DNA of 64,000 nucleotides from Patescibacteria group bacterium (GTDB taxonomy: Bacteria > Patescibacteriota > Microgenomatia > Levybacterales > GWA1-39-11). The DNA is taken from positions 4,514 through 68,513 of the forward strand of contig DASZRC010000027.1 in NCBI GenBank assembly GCA_035549315.1. The letters run 5' to 3'. Both the position numbers and the translations under genes were made by a program. Shown here one piece after another: positions 49,720-58,264 of this stretch (positions are counted from its first letter, which is position 1; each line of letters begins with the position of its first letter). The notes under the pieces are model-generated. The model was not told where the DNA came from. It made no database searches and saw nothing but the letters and a program-made list of their open reading frames with translations.

Positions 49720-50508
49720 TTAAGTTCTGGAATTATTTTTATTAGGCTTAATTAATCTTTCAACGGCTTCACTCGTTAATAATTCTGCATTAGTTAAAGA
49801 ATGAGCAAAAGCGGCATTACGATATCCTCTTTCTCTCATAAATCTCCATTGGGAAACTCCAGCAAAAAATTGAACAACGGGCTTAGCTTTTAAATTAAGC
49901 GTCTTCTTCCCTGTATCTTTATTTTCTTCTAGTTCAATCGCGTGATACAACGCAAAAGCAGCTGCTGCTCCTATACCCACACCCCAATCTAAAAATTTAT
50001 TGTCTTTACCAACAATAACGGATGGTAGAGATCTGAATGTAGCTTCTTCTACCTGCGGGGCAACACCTGTTGCTATAACCCCCATCTCAAAAGGAGCTCT
50101 ATTTATTAGTTCCGCCATTTTTTTAACATTGTCTTTACCTAATCCAATCTGGAGCCCCATCTTGTCAGTAACATTTTTAACTAAAAGCTCTACGGACGTA
50201 ACTGCGGTAACTTCCACAGCTGTTTTGATATAATCACGAATATCTACTTTTGACTCCTTACCCGAAATGCTTGCTACACCTTTCTCCAACGCTATTGTAT
50301 ATGCCAATCCTCCAACAACACCAATCCAAGTACCTGCCAAAAATTTTGCCCAATTTTCTTTTGGAATTCCCGCTAGAATAGCCTTTAAATCTTCATCTCC
50401 GCTACCTACTTCTCCAATAGATTTTTTTTGTTTAGATTTGAATTTTGCAAAGAGATCTCTGCTCGAAAACCCCTTTTCATCGCTTGGCATATTATTATTT
50501 TCTGTCAT
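49720..50508 (-). CDS. CPBP/Abi-family intramembrane glutamic endopeptidase-like protein
   Basis: VEEATFR, FALYH and AHSLTN motifs. ATG at 50508 chosen as start. Confidence 0.7.
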   Translation of the reverse strand: MTENNNMPSDEKGFSSRDLFAKFKSKQKKSIGEVGSGDEDLKAILAGIPKENWAKFLAGTWIGVVGGLAYTIALEKGVASISGKESKVDIRDYIKTAVEVTAVTSVELLVKNVTDKMGLQIGLGKDNVKKMAELINRAPFEMGVIATGVAPQVEEATFRSLPSVIVGKDNKFLDWGVGIGAAAAFALYHAIELEENKDTGKKTLNLKAKPVVQFFAGVSQWRFMRERGYRNAAFAHSLTNAELLTSEAVERLIKPNKNNSRT

Positions 50509-50536
50509 ATTTTTATTGGGAGAGATTTTCACTTGT

Positions 50537-50576
50537 GAAGTACTGAGTTCACCGAAGTGCGGAGAGGGCGAGATTC
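50537..50576. repeat. 40-bp direct repeat duplicating the tRNA-Ser 3' end and trailer (other copy 50643-50682)
   Basis: GAAGTACTGAGTTCACCGAAGTGCGGAGAGGGCGAGATTC occurs twice, exactly, with a 106-bp period. Confidence 0.9.
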
Positions 50577-50665
50577 CCATTCGACTTCGCTCAGGGTAAA
50601 CTTCTCATCTCGCATCTTCCATTCCTCAGCAATCTCAGTATCGAAGTACTGAGTTCACCGAAGTG

Positions 50666-50752
50666 CGGAGAGGGCGAGATTCGAACTCGCGGTGAGCTTG
50701 CACCCACAAAGGTTTTCAAGACCTTCGCACTAGACCACTATGCGACCTCTCC
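50666..50752 (-). tRNA. tRNA-Ser(UGA)
   Basis: GGAGAGG acceptor stem, anticodon loop CT-TGA-AA, long variable arm, GTTCGAATC, discriminator G; CCA not encoded. Confidence 0.95.
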
Positions 50753-50799
50753 AGATTGTCATATTATATCCGAAATCGAGGCTACCAACAAGGTGAAAG

Positions 50800-52119
50800 C
50801 TATTGAAGGTCAAACATTGAGGAAGCAAGTGTCTCATCATTAATAATTCTTGCAATTTTTGCTCCTCCCATAATCGATTGCAGAAGACCTATCCCGTTGC
50901 AACCAAGATTATATAAAAGACTATCTGACTTAGGATCTTTACCAACCCACCTCGCATGATTCGGAGTATATGCCATCATACCATTCCAATGGTAATCAAA
51001 TTTAGGAACGGACTCTCCAAATGTTCTTTCTAAAAATTCGTTATACACATTATCAACATTAACTTTTGATTCTTCTTGCCAATCATATTCTTCTCCTATA
51101 GATAATTCTTTTTCCGGCCCGCCTACAACAGCCAATGCTTTCCCATTTTTGGAAACCTTGTGATAGTAAAAATATGGGACGTTTGTTATATTTTTTCTTT
51201 CATCAAAAACAAGCACTGTTAAAAAATCCTTGTCGTTATTATCATAGGCAACCATATATCCAACCGATCTACCCAACTTTTTTAATCTATCATCCTCTCT
51301 ATCATTTATAATCACTTTGAAGTCATTGTAGGCGTTGGTACAAAGAACAACTTTCTCTACTCTTATCACATTTTCTCCTGAATATAAGATGGCGCCATCT
51401 CCAATTTTTATTTCACTTATATTTGCTTGTTCAAAAACTTCAAATCTATCAGAATAATTTTTCTTGAGGAACGAAATTATTTTATAGCATAATTCTCCAG
51501 AGTTAACTCTAGCTTTTTTAATATAATCATTTTTAGGAATTGCTGCTCCAACACAACCCTTATCAATAATTCTTAGTTTTCTCAAAATATCATCTTGAGG
51601 AATAACCTCTAAATATTTTTTGTATTTCTCATCAATATCATTAGGAGCAAATTCGGCTGCTAACAAATATTTCCAAGCTCCTCGACCAATCTCATCATCT
51701 ACCATCTCTTCTTCTATGCCTCCCCAAAATGATTCGATAGTCGTATATACTAATCCTCCGTCCGGTACAAAATTAATTTCATCCATTCCACAATCTTTAA
51801 TAATCTTCTCGAGCAAATCCCAAGCGGACCTAAGTTCAGAAAAACCGTTTTTCACTTTTTCCTTTCCAAACTCCTTTATTAGCTCTTGTGTTACTGCTTC
51901 CATAGAGTTAACGGCAAATCCAGCATTATGTCCTGTTGCCCCACTTGCTATTTTATTTTTTTCAAGCAAGACAACTTTTTTGTTTGTGTTTTTAAGAAGA
52001 AAATACAAGGTAGAAACTCCGGCTATTCCCCCACCTATTATTGCTATATCAGAATCAACATCGCCTGAGAGTGACAAAAAAGAAGGCCTATCAAATTTAA
52101 GCCAGGGAGAATTGTCCAT
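50800..52119 (-). CDS. FAD-dependent oxidoreductase (DAO/PuuB-like)
   Basis: IIGGGIAG, ASGATGHNAG, LGCNGIG. Confidence 0.85.
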   Translation of the reverse strand: MDNSPWLKFDRPSFLSLSGDVDSDIAIIGGGIAGVSTLYFLLKNTNKKVVLLEKNKIASGATGHNAGFAVNSMEAVTQELIKEFGKEKVKNGFSELRSAWDLLEKIIKDCGMDEINFVPDGGLVYTTIESFWGGIEEEMVDDEIGRGAWKYLLAAEFAPNDIDEKYKKYLEVIPQDDILRKLRIIDKGCVGAAIPKNDYIKKARVNSGELCYKIISFLKKNYSDRFEVFEQANISEIKIGDGAILYSGENVIRVEKVVLCTNAYNDFKVIINDREDDRLKKLGRSVGYMVAYDNNDKDFLTVLVFDERKNITNVPYFYYHKVSKNGKALAVVGGPEKELSIGEEYDWQEESKVNVDNVYNEFLERTFGESVPKFDYHWNGMMAYTPNHARWVGKDPKSDSLLYNLGCNGIGLLQSIMGGAKIARIINDETLASSMFDLQ

Positions 52120-52160
52120 TATGTAATTATACGATAGCCCCTTTGCAAACCACTAGCGGA

Positions 52161-52198
52161 CTTGTCCGCCGTAGCTCGCTTCGGCGAGCAAAGGCGGA
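52161..52198. repeat. REP-like hairpin fused to the tRNA-Ser(GCU) 3' end
   Basis: TCCGCC/GGCGGA outer stem and GCTCGC-TTCG-GCGAGC inner hairpin. Confidence 0.65.
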
Positions 52199-52280
52199 GG
52201 AGACAGGATTCGAACCTGCGAGAGTCTTACGACTCAGGGATTTAGCAAACCCCCTCAGTGGGCCACTGTGACACTCCTCC
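52195..52280 (-). tRNA. tRNA-Ser(GCU)
   Basis: GGAGGAG/CTCCTCC stem, anticodon loop TT-GCT-AA, long variable arm, GGTTCGAATCC. Confidence 0.93.
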
Positions 52281-52386
52281 AGAGGCTATATTATACCAAA
52301 GCTAAACTTGTTTTTGTTAAATTCTGTTAGGATTTTGTGAGGCTAATTAGGTTGCTCACAAACCCTCCCTGTGCTATGATTTAGAC

Positions 52387-52824
52387 ATGCCTGACATAGT
52401 AGAACATCAGCCGATATCAAATGTGGCTCCAGCAGCTCAGCACATTGAACCCAATCCCCACATGGATGTTGTTGCAGCCAATGTAGATACCGTGCACGAA
52501 AAAGAGATAGAAAAGGAACTTGCAAAAGTTGCAAAAGAAGTTGGAGGAGAGCCAACACATACGGCAGCGCTTGCCCAGGATTTAACAGGGGACAATATCC
52601 AAATTATTGAAAAGCCAAAAGTCCATCCTGATGATAACAGATGGGGAGCAGAAAGATTAGAAGAGATAGAAAATTTGAAAAAGGGAATTAAGGTAAATAA
52701 GAAAAACAATATTCTCTCGGGTCTAACTAGTATTTTTAGCAGAAAAAATAGCGCTACAAAAATGCAGGACCAACAGATAAGTCGTCCGCAACAAACGGAA
52801 GGAGAAATAAAAAATGCAGCTTGA
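52387..52824 (+). CDS. Hypothetical protein
   Basis: 145 aa; overlaps the start of the next gene; TATGAT 6 nt before the ATG. Confidence 0.6.
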   Translation: MPDIVEHQPISNVAPAAQHIEPNPHMDVVAANVDTVHEKEIEKELAKVAKEVGGEPTHTAALAQDLTGDNIQIIEKPKVHPDDNRWGAERLEEIENLKKGIKVNKKNNILSGLTSIFSRKNSATKMQDQQISRPQQTEGEIKNAA

Positions 52825-55231
52825 TTCATTTTCAACACTAGTAATTAATGTAGTTCTTGCTTTTGTGATTGCGTTTTTACTTTCCTCAATTATTATTGCT
52901 TGTCTTGTAGGAATTGCTATTGCTTTTGGGTTCTGGCAGAAAAGTAAAAAAAGACAAGAGAGAGCTATTGATACTGTCTTATTAGAAGTGTCTTTGCCTC
53001 GCGAAAATGAAATAAAGATTGATGCAGCTGAACAGCTTTTCTCAAGCCTCACATCCATGAAAGGAACAAAAGGAATGTTGTCATTCCTAAAACTTGCAGA
53101 TAGCATTTCTTTTGAAATTGTTGCGCGTCCACAAGACATTAGATTCTACATTGGAGTTTCAAATAAATTAAAGGACATGGTTGAGAAACAAATTCATGGG
53201 GCCTACCCTGACGCACAAATTTTGGAAGTTGAAGACTACAATCTTTTTCAACACCCTGGAAAAATAGCCTATGCATCCTTAAAACTTGAGAAGTCTAATT
53301 ATTTACCAATCAAAACCTATAAGGATCTAGCTATTGATCCATTGTCTTCAATCACAAGCACTATTGGGAAAATGGTAGAAGGAGAAGCAGCTGCCATACA
53401 AATATTAATAACTCCCGGCGGAGATGCTTGGAAAAAAGCAGGGAGAGAATATATTACAACTACCAAAAAACGCGAGGCAAATCCTGAAACAGCAAAGTAC
53501 TCTGTTGACCAAAAAGAATTAGAAGCAATTGAGCAGAAAATTACAAAGCCCGGGTTTATGACTTACGTCAGAATAATGGCAGTAGCCCCAACAAAAGAGG
53601 CAGCAGATATCCACCTATCAAATATAGAAGGGGCGTTTTCTCAATTTTCATCCTTTAATTCTTTTGGAACGGAAAAAAATAAATTTTTCAAAGGAATGGC
53701 GATTGTTGATTTTATATACCGCCAACTCCCACTTATTCCAAAAAATCTTGGCGTCTTAGCAACAGATGAACTTGCAACCATTTTCCACTTTCCAAATAAA
53801 ACCGTTGAGACACCAAGCATTCACTGGCTTGGAGCTCGCGTTGCTCCGGCTCCTGCTAATATTCCAAACCATGGCCTATTCTTAGGAAAGAGTGTTTACA
53901 GAGGACAAGAAAGACCAATATTTATTGGGGATGATGACAGAAGGCGACATATGTATATCATTGGAAAAACCGGAGTAGGAAAATCAGAATTCTTAAAAGA
54001 CATGATTCTGCAAGATATTAGGGAAGGAAAAGGAGTCTGTTTTATTGACCCGCACGACACAATAGATATGATTCTTCCTCTTATTCCGCCGGAAAGAGCT
54101 GAGGATGTAATCTTGTTTGACCCGTCTGATACAGAACGCCCCATGGGAATTAACTTCTTGGACGCAGACACTGAAGAACAAAAAGATCTTATCTGTTCTT
54201 CAATCATAGGACTTATGTACAAACTTTACGACCCTAATAAAACAGGTATTATTGGTCCGCGTTTTGAGCACGCAATTAGAAATGCAATGTTAACCGTTAT
54301 GACTGAAAAGGGAAATACTTTTGTAGAAGTTGTTAGGGTCTTAACAGATGCTTCTTTTGTTCAGGAGTTATTGCCAAAACTTCAGGATCCCATGGTAAGA
54401 CGTTATTGGACAGACCAAATTGCACAAACTTCTGACTTCCACAAATCAGAAGTTCTTGATTACATTGTTTCAAAGTTTGGAAGATTTGTTACAAACCGTA
54501 TGGTAAGAAATATTATTGGACAAAGTGAATCCGGATTTAACTTCCGTAAAGTTATGGATGAAGGGAAAATTCTCCTGATCTCTCTTGCAAAAGGAAAGAT
54601 TGGAGAAGATAATGCTGCTTTTCTTGGTCTAATTCTTGTTCCAAGAATCTTGGCTGCTGCTATGAGTAGGCAAGATATTCCACAAGACCAAAGGCGCGAC
54701 TTTTATCTATATGTTGATGAGTTCCAAAATTTCGCTACTCCTGACTTTGGACAGATTTTGTCTGAGGCAAGAAAATACAAGCTTAACTTAATTGTTGCAA
54801 ACCAGTTTATTGGACAAATTGAAGAAGATGTTAAGAACGCAATTTTTGGAAATGCCGGTACAATAATTTCTTTCCGTGTTGGAGTATCTGATGCAAATTA
54901 TTTACAACATGAATTCCAGCCAATATTTAATGAGGCGGATTTAATTAACGTAGAGGTTTACCATGCATATATTAAAACTCTTATTGGAAACGAACCAACG
55001 CCTCCTTTCTCTCTTGACCTTACAAAGGATATTGCTGCAGAGAAAAAAATGGAAAACCCAAGAGTTGCAGAATTAGTACGGGAACTATCACGTCTTAAAT
55101 ACGGTAAGCCAAAAGATTTGGTGGAAGCAGAAATTGCAAAGCGTTCAAGGCTTTACGAAGTCTTGGGTGATATTCAATCTAGTATTGAGGGGAATAATGA
55201 ATCCGGTCTTGGACCGGGAGGAAGTATTTAG
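52814..55231 (+). CDS. VirD4/TrwB/HerA-like membrane-anchored ATPase (CPR-type)
   Basis: RRHMYIIGKTGVGKS, FIDPH, YLYVDEFQNF, ILSEARKY, ANQF, AIFGN. Confidence 0.88.
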   Translation: MQLDSFSTLVINVVLAFVIAFLLSSIIIACLVGIAIAFGFWQKSKKRQERAIDTVLLEVSLPRENEIKIDAAEQLFSSLTSMKGTKGMLSFLKLADSISFEIVARPQDIRFYIGVSNKLKDMVEKQIHGAYPDAQILEVEDYNLFQHPGKIAYASLKLEKSNYLPIKTYKDLAIDPLSSITSTIGKMVEGEAAAIQILITPGGDAWKKAGREYITTTKKREANPETAKYSVDQKELEAIEQKITKPGFMTYVRIMAVAPTKEAADIHLSNIEGAFSQFSSFNSFGTEKNKFFKGMAIVDFIYRQLPLIPKNLGVLATDELATIFHFPNKTVETPSIHWLGARVAPAPANIPNHGLFLGKSVYRGQERPIFIGDDDRRRHMYIIGKTGVGKSEFLKDMILQDIREGKGVCFIDPHDTIDMILPLIPPERAEDVILFDPSDTERPMGINFLDADTEEQKDLICSSIIGLMYKLYDPNKTGIIGPRFEHAIRNAMLTVMTEKGNTFVEVVRVLTDASFVQELLPKLQDPMVRRYWTDQIAQTSDFHKSEVLDYIVSKFGRFVTNRMVRNIIGQSESGFNFRKVMDEGKILLISLAKGKIGEDNAAFLGLILVPRILAAAMSRQDIPQDQRRDFYLYVDEFQNFATPDFGQILSEARKYKLNLIVANQFIGQIEEDVKNAIFGNAGTIISFRVGVSDANYLQHEFQPIFNEADLINVEVYHAYIKTLIGNEPTPPFSLDLTKDIAAEKKMENPRVAELVRELSRLKYGKPKDLVEAEIAKRSRLYEVLGDIQSSIEGNNESGLGPGGSI

Positions 55232-55254
55232 GTTATAGGCAATAGGTATTAGGG
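55227..55254. repeat. Degenerate heptamer run next to tRNA-Ile
   Basis: TTTAGGT TATAGGC AATAGGT ATTAGGG. Confidence 0.65.
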
Positions 55255-55255
55255 G

Positions 55256-55328
55256 TGGGCGCGATAGGACTCGAACCTATGACCAGGTGTGTATAAGACA
55301 CCCGCTCTACCAACTGAGCTACACGCCC
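55256..55328 (-). tRNA. tRNA-Ile(UAU)
   Basis: GGGCGTG acceptor stem, TAGCTCAGTTGGTAGAGC D-arm, GGTGT-CTTATAC-ACACC anticodon arm, GGTTCGAGTCC, discriminator A. Confidence 0.92.
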
Positions 55329-55421
55329 TCGTGAGTAATCCTTATTATACCAATAATGTGCGTAAAGTTGAAGCTTTGAGATAGATTTGATTAGCTTCAA
55401 TCTGATATAATAAAATCTCCA

Positions 55422-57182
55422 ATGAGAAAGTTTTTCTTACTGCTCCTATTGGGATTATTTGTATTCCTGAAACTATCTCCTATTACTCAGGTTTTTTCTG
55501 AAGATGATATAAACTCCCTTAACCTTGACCAAATCAATACCAAACTATCAGAACTCCAAAACGCACTTAGCTCATCACAAAAAGCCACGGCCCCTCTTGA
55601 ATCACAAGTTGCAAGTCTTCAGACGCAACTTAAGGGAATTGAAAATAGAGTTGCAGCAATAGAAGTAGACCTTGCCGAAAAGAAAAAATTTATTGATGAA
55701 GGCTATAAGGAACTAGAAGCAAATAAAGATGTATTCAATAAAACAGTTCGCGACTACTATATTAAAAGCTACTTCTTCTCCCCACTACTAATTTTTGCGT
55801 CAAGTACCGATGCTGCAAATGTCACAAGACTTATTGTTTACCAAAAAAAAGGCGCTGATAAAGACAAGGATACAATAACTTCTCTTGCCCTAAAATTGGT
55901 TGACTTAGAAAATAGAAAAGCAAAACTGGAAGATGAAGAATCAAAGTTATCATCGGTTAAAGATAAATTAGCTAGTGAAAAAGGAGAACTTGATAAGGTT
56001 GTTAAGGGCGCAAAGGATTACCAAGCAACTCTTACCAACCAGATAGCTCAACTCTCTGCCCGCCAGAAAGATATTTTGAACCAAAGGCTTGGAAGTCTTA
56101 ATATTCCAACCACTGCTTACACATCTCAAGGGGGATGTTCTGATGATAGATCTGTTAATCCAGGATTCTCCCCAAGAATTGCATTTTTTACATACGGAGT
56201 TCCAAATCGCGTTGGATTAAATCAGTACGGAGCAAAAGGAAGAGCAGAAGCAGGACAGAACGCACAGCAAATTTTACAAGCATATTACAATGCGGATTAC
56301 ACAACAGGCTACAATACTGGAATAAATATTCACGTAACAGGAACCAATGAATATGGTCAGTCATTTGATACAAACTGGAATATAGAAGAATACTTAAAAC
56401 ACGTTTATGAGATTCCAGCCACCTGGCCCGCAGAAGCTCTAAAGGCTCAAGCGATTGCTGCAAGATCATACGCCTTATCAAGGACAAACAACGGAGCTAA
56501 TGCAATTTGTCCTAGCCAATCATGCCAAGTTGTAAAACAAGAACAAAATGCCCAAGCCTGGATAGACGCAGTTAACGCAACATCAGGAATTGTATTAACC
56601 TCTGGCGGCAACCCAATAACAGCCTGGTTTTCATCTACTCATGGTGGATACGTATTTTCATCCGGAGATATTGGATGGTCAGGGACTTCCTACACAAAAC
56701 ATGCAACAGACACAACAACCGGATCCGCTTCATCATTTTCCGATCTACAATCAAACGCTTATGACAAAGGCTCTCCTTGGTTTTATTGTGACTGGGGATC
56801 ACGCGCATCCTACAACAAAACCGCCTGGCTAAAACCATCTGAGGTTGCAGATATTGTAAATGTAATTCTTCTTGCACGCGCTGACTCATCAACAAATGAA
56901 CATCTATACCAAACAGACAAAGCCAATCCTGCCGGAACAGATACATGGAATGAGGATAAAGTTCGCCAAGAACTTAGGAATAGAAATATAAATCCATATT
57001 CAAATGTCACCGATATATCTGTGAACGCAGACTTTGGAGTAGGGAAAACCAATTCTATTAATATAAGTGGTGATGGCGGATCCCAAAATATTTCCGGAGA
57101 TGAGTTTAAAAATTGGTTTAATCTTAGGGCTCCCGGTAATCTCCAAATAGTTGGCCCACTATTTAATACGGAAAAACAGTAG
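55422..57182 (+). CDS. Coiled-coil plus SpoIID/LytB-domain cell-wall protein
   Basis: Signal peptide, long coiled coil, GLNQYGAKGRA, EALKAQAIAARSYA, CQV. Confidence 0.88.
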   Translation: MRKFFLLLLLGLFVFLKLSPITQVFSEDDINSLNLDQINTKLSELQNALSSSQKATAPLESQVASLQTQLKGIENRVAAIEVDLAEKKKFIDEGYKELEANKDVFNKTVRDYYIKSYFFSPLLIFASSTDAANVTRLIVYQKKGADKDKDTITSLALKLVDLENRKAKLEDEESKLSSVKDKLASEKGELDKVVKGAKDYQATLTNQIAQLSARQKDILNQRLGSLNIPTTAYTSQGGCSDDRSVNPGFSPRIAFFTYGVPNRVGLNQYGAKGRAEAGQNAQQILQAYYNADYTTGYNTGINIHVTGTNEYGQSFDTNWNIEEYLKHVYEIPATWPAEALKAQAIAARSYALSRTNNGANAICPSQSCQVVKQEQNAQAWIDAVNATSGIVLTSGGNPITAWFSSTHGGYVFSSGDIGWSGTSYTKHATDTTTGSASSFSDLQSNAYDKGSPWFYCDWGSRASYNKTAWLKPSEVADIVNVILLARADSSTNEHLYQTDKANPAGTDTWNEDKVRQELRNRNINPYSNVTDISVNADFGVGKTNSINISGDGGSQNISGDEFKNWFNLRAPGNLQIVGPLFNTEKQ

Positions 57183-57239
57183 GCTAGCTGATAAGCTTAG
57201 GGCTAGCAATTTTTATTTCTTAATTCTTAATTTTTATTG

Positions 57240-57258
57240 ACTCCGATCAAATCGGAGT
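57240..57258. repeat. Palindromic mini-element P3 (ACTCCGAT-CAA-ATCGGAGT) in an AT-rich periodic spacer
   Basis: 8-bp inverted repeat amid degenerate period-7/8 runs (about 57205-57335). Confidence 0.55.
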
Positions 57259-57367
57259 TGAATTTTTAATGCTTTAAACATTGAAAATTAACAATTGATT
57301 AGAAATTAGTAATTAAAAATTGGAAATTAAATGGAAATCCATTTGAAATGGTATAATTGTAAGAAGT

Positions 57368-58021
57368 ATGCCGGAAGATTTAGAGGGAGAGTTTGTTCTT
57401 AAAGATAAAGATAGCAAAACCGTAGCGACTAACGAGCCGCAAAATGTGGTAAGTGCTCCTGAAAAGAAATTAACAAATATTCATTTCTTAAGCTCCCTTG
57501 CAAAATATCCGGCAGATGTTACTTTTGAAAATCAGGAAGAGGATGAGGAGATAATCCTACTTGTAAGGCGGGACCTTATTACAAATGTACCTTGGCTACT
57601 TGCTGCAATAATTTTAATTTTTATTCCTCCATTAATTTCTTTGTTTTCTGATTTATTTGCGCCTTTCTTTACTGTGTCTCCAGAGACTCAACTTGTTGCA
57701 GTATTATTTTATTACCTAATAGTTATTGGGTTTATTATTGTGCAGTATACATTGTGGTATTTTAACGTTGGGCTTGTCACAAATAAAAGAATTGTTGATC
57801 TTAATCTATCCGGAATACTTTTTAAACAAGTAGCAGAAACCAGACTTAATCTTATAGAAGATGTTTCCTACAGCCAAATTGGTACAATACGATCTGTTTT
57901 TGACTACGGAGATGTCTTTATGCAAACTGCCGGAACCAATGAAAACTTTGAGTTTGATAGGGCTCCGGAGCCGGCTTTAGTCACAAGAATAATTGCGGAT
58001 TTGATTGGAGGACCAAGGTAA
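57368..58021 (+). CDS. Membrane protein with bacterial PH (bPH_2-like) domain
   Basis: Two TM segments; VTNKRIVD, IEDVSY, FDYGDV..QTAG. Confidence 0.8.
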   Translation: MPEDLEGEFVLKDKDSKTVATNEPQNVVSAPEKKLTNIHFLSSLAKYPADVTFENQEEDEEIILLVRRDLITNVPWLLAAIILIFIPPLISLFSDLFAPFFTVSPETQLVAVLFYYLIVIGFIIVQYTLWYFNVGLVTNKRIVDLNLSGILFKQVAETRLNLIEDVSYSQIGTIRSVFDYGDVFMQTAGTNENFEFDRAPEPALVTRIIADLIGGPR

Positions 58022-58022
58022 A

Positions 58023-58259
58023 ATGGATGCTATAAACCAAATATTATCTATTTTTTCAGACCAAGACGGATTATTCCGCTTCGCGCTTATTATTTTGATT
58101 TCTTTATATACCCTGTTTGCCTTGATTATTTTGATCCAAATAAGAAGCCTAAATAGAATCATAAACCAAGTTAAGTTCTCCCCTATCTTCTTTTTCTTGG
58201 CGTTTAACCATTTCCTTGCGGCTATTGCGCTACTTGTGTTTACAGTGTTATTCTTATAG
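58023..58259 (+). CDS. Small membrane protein (DUF5657-like)
   Basis: LYTLFALIILIQIRSLN; two TM segments. Confidence 0.6.
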   Translation: MDAINQILSIFSDQDGLFRFALIILISLYTLFALIILIQIRSLNRIINQVKFSPIFFFLAFNHFLAAIALLVFTVLFL

Positions 58260-58264
58260 TACGC

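Noticed and set aside
50509-50580. N-terminal extension of the 49720..50580 ORF
   Set aside because: It runs through the duplicated tRNA end; the ATG at 50508 is the more plausible start.
50537-50682. 40-bp repeat pair as a mini-CRISPR
   Set aside because: Only two copies, and the repeat is the tRNA 3' end.
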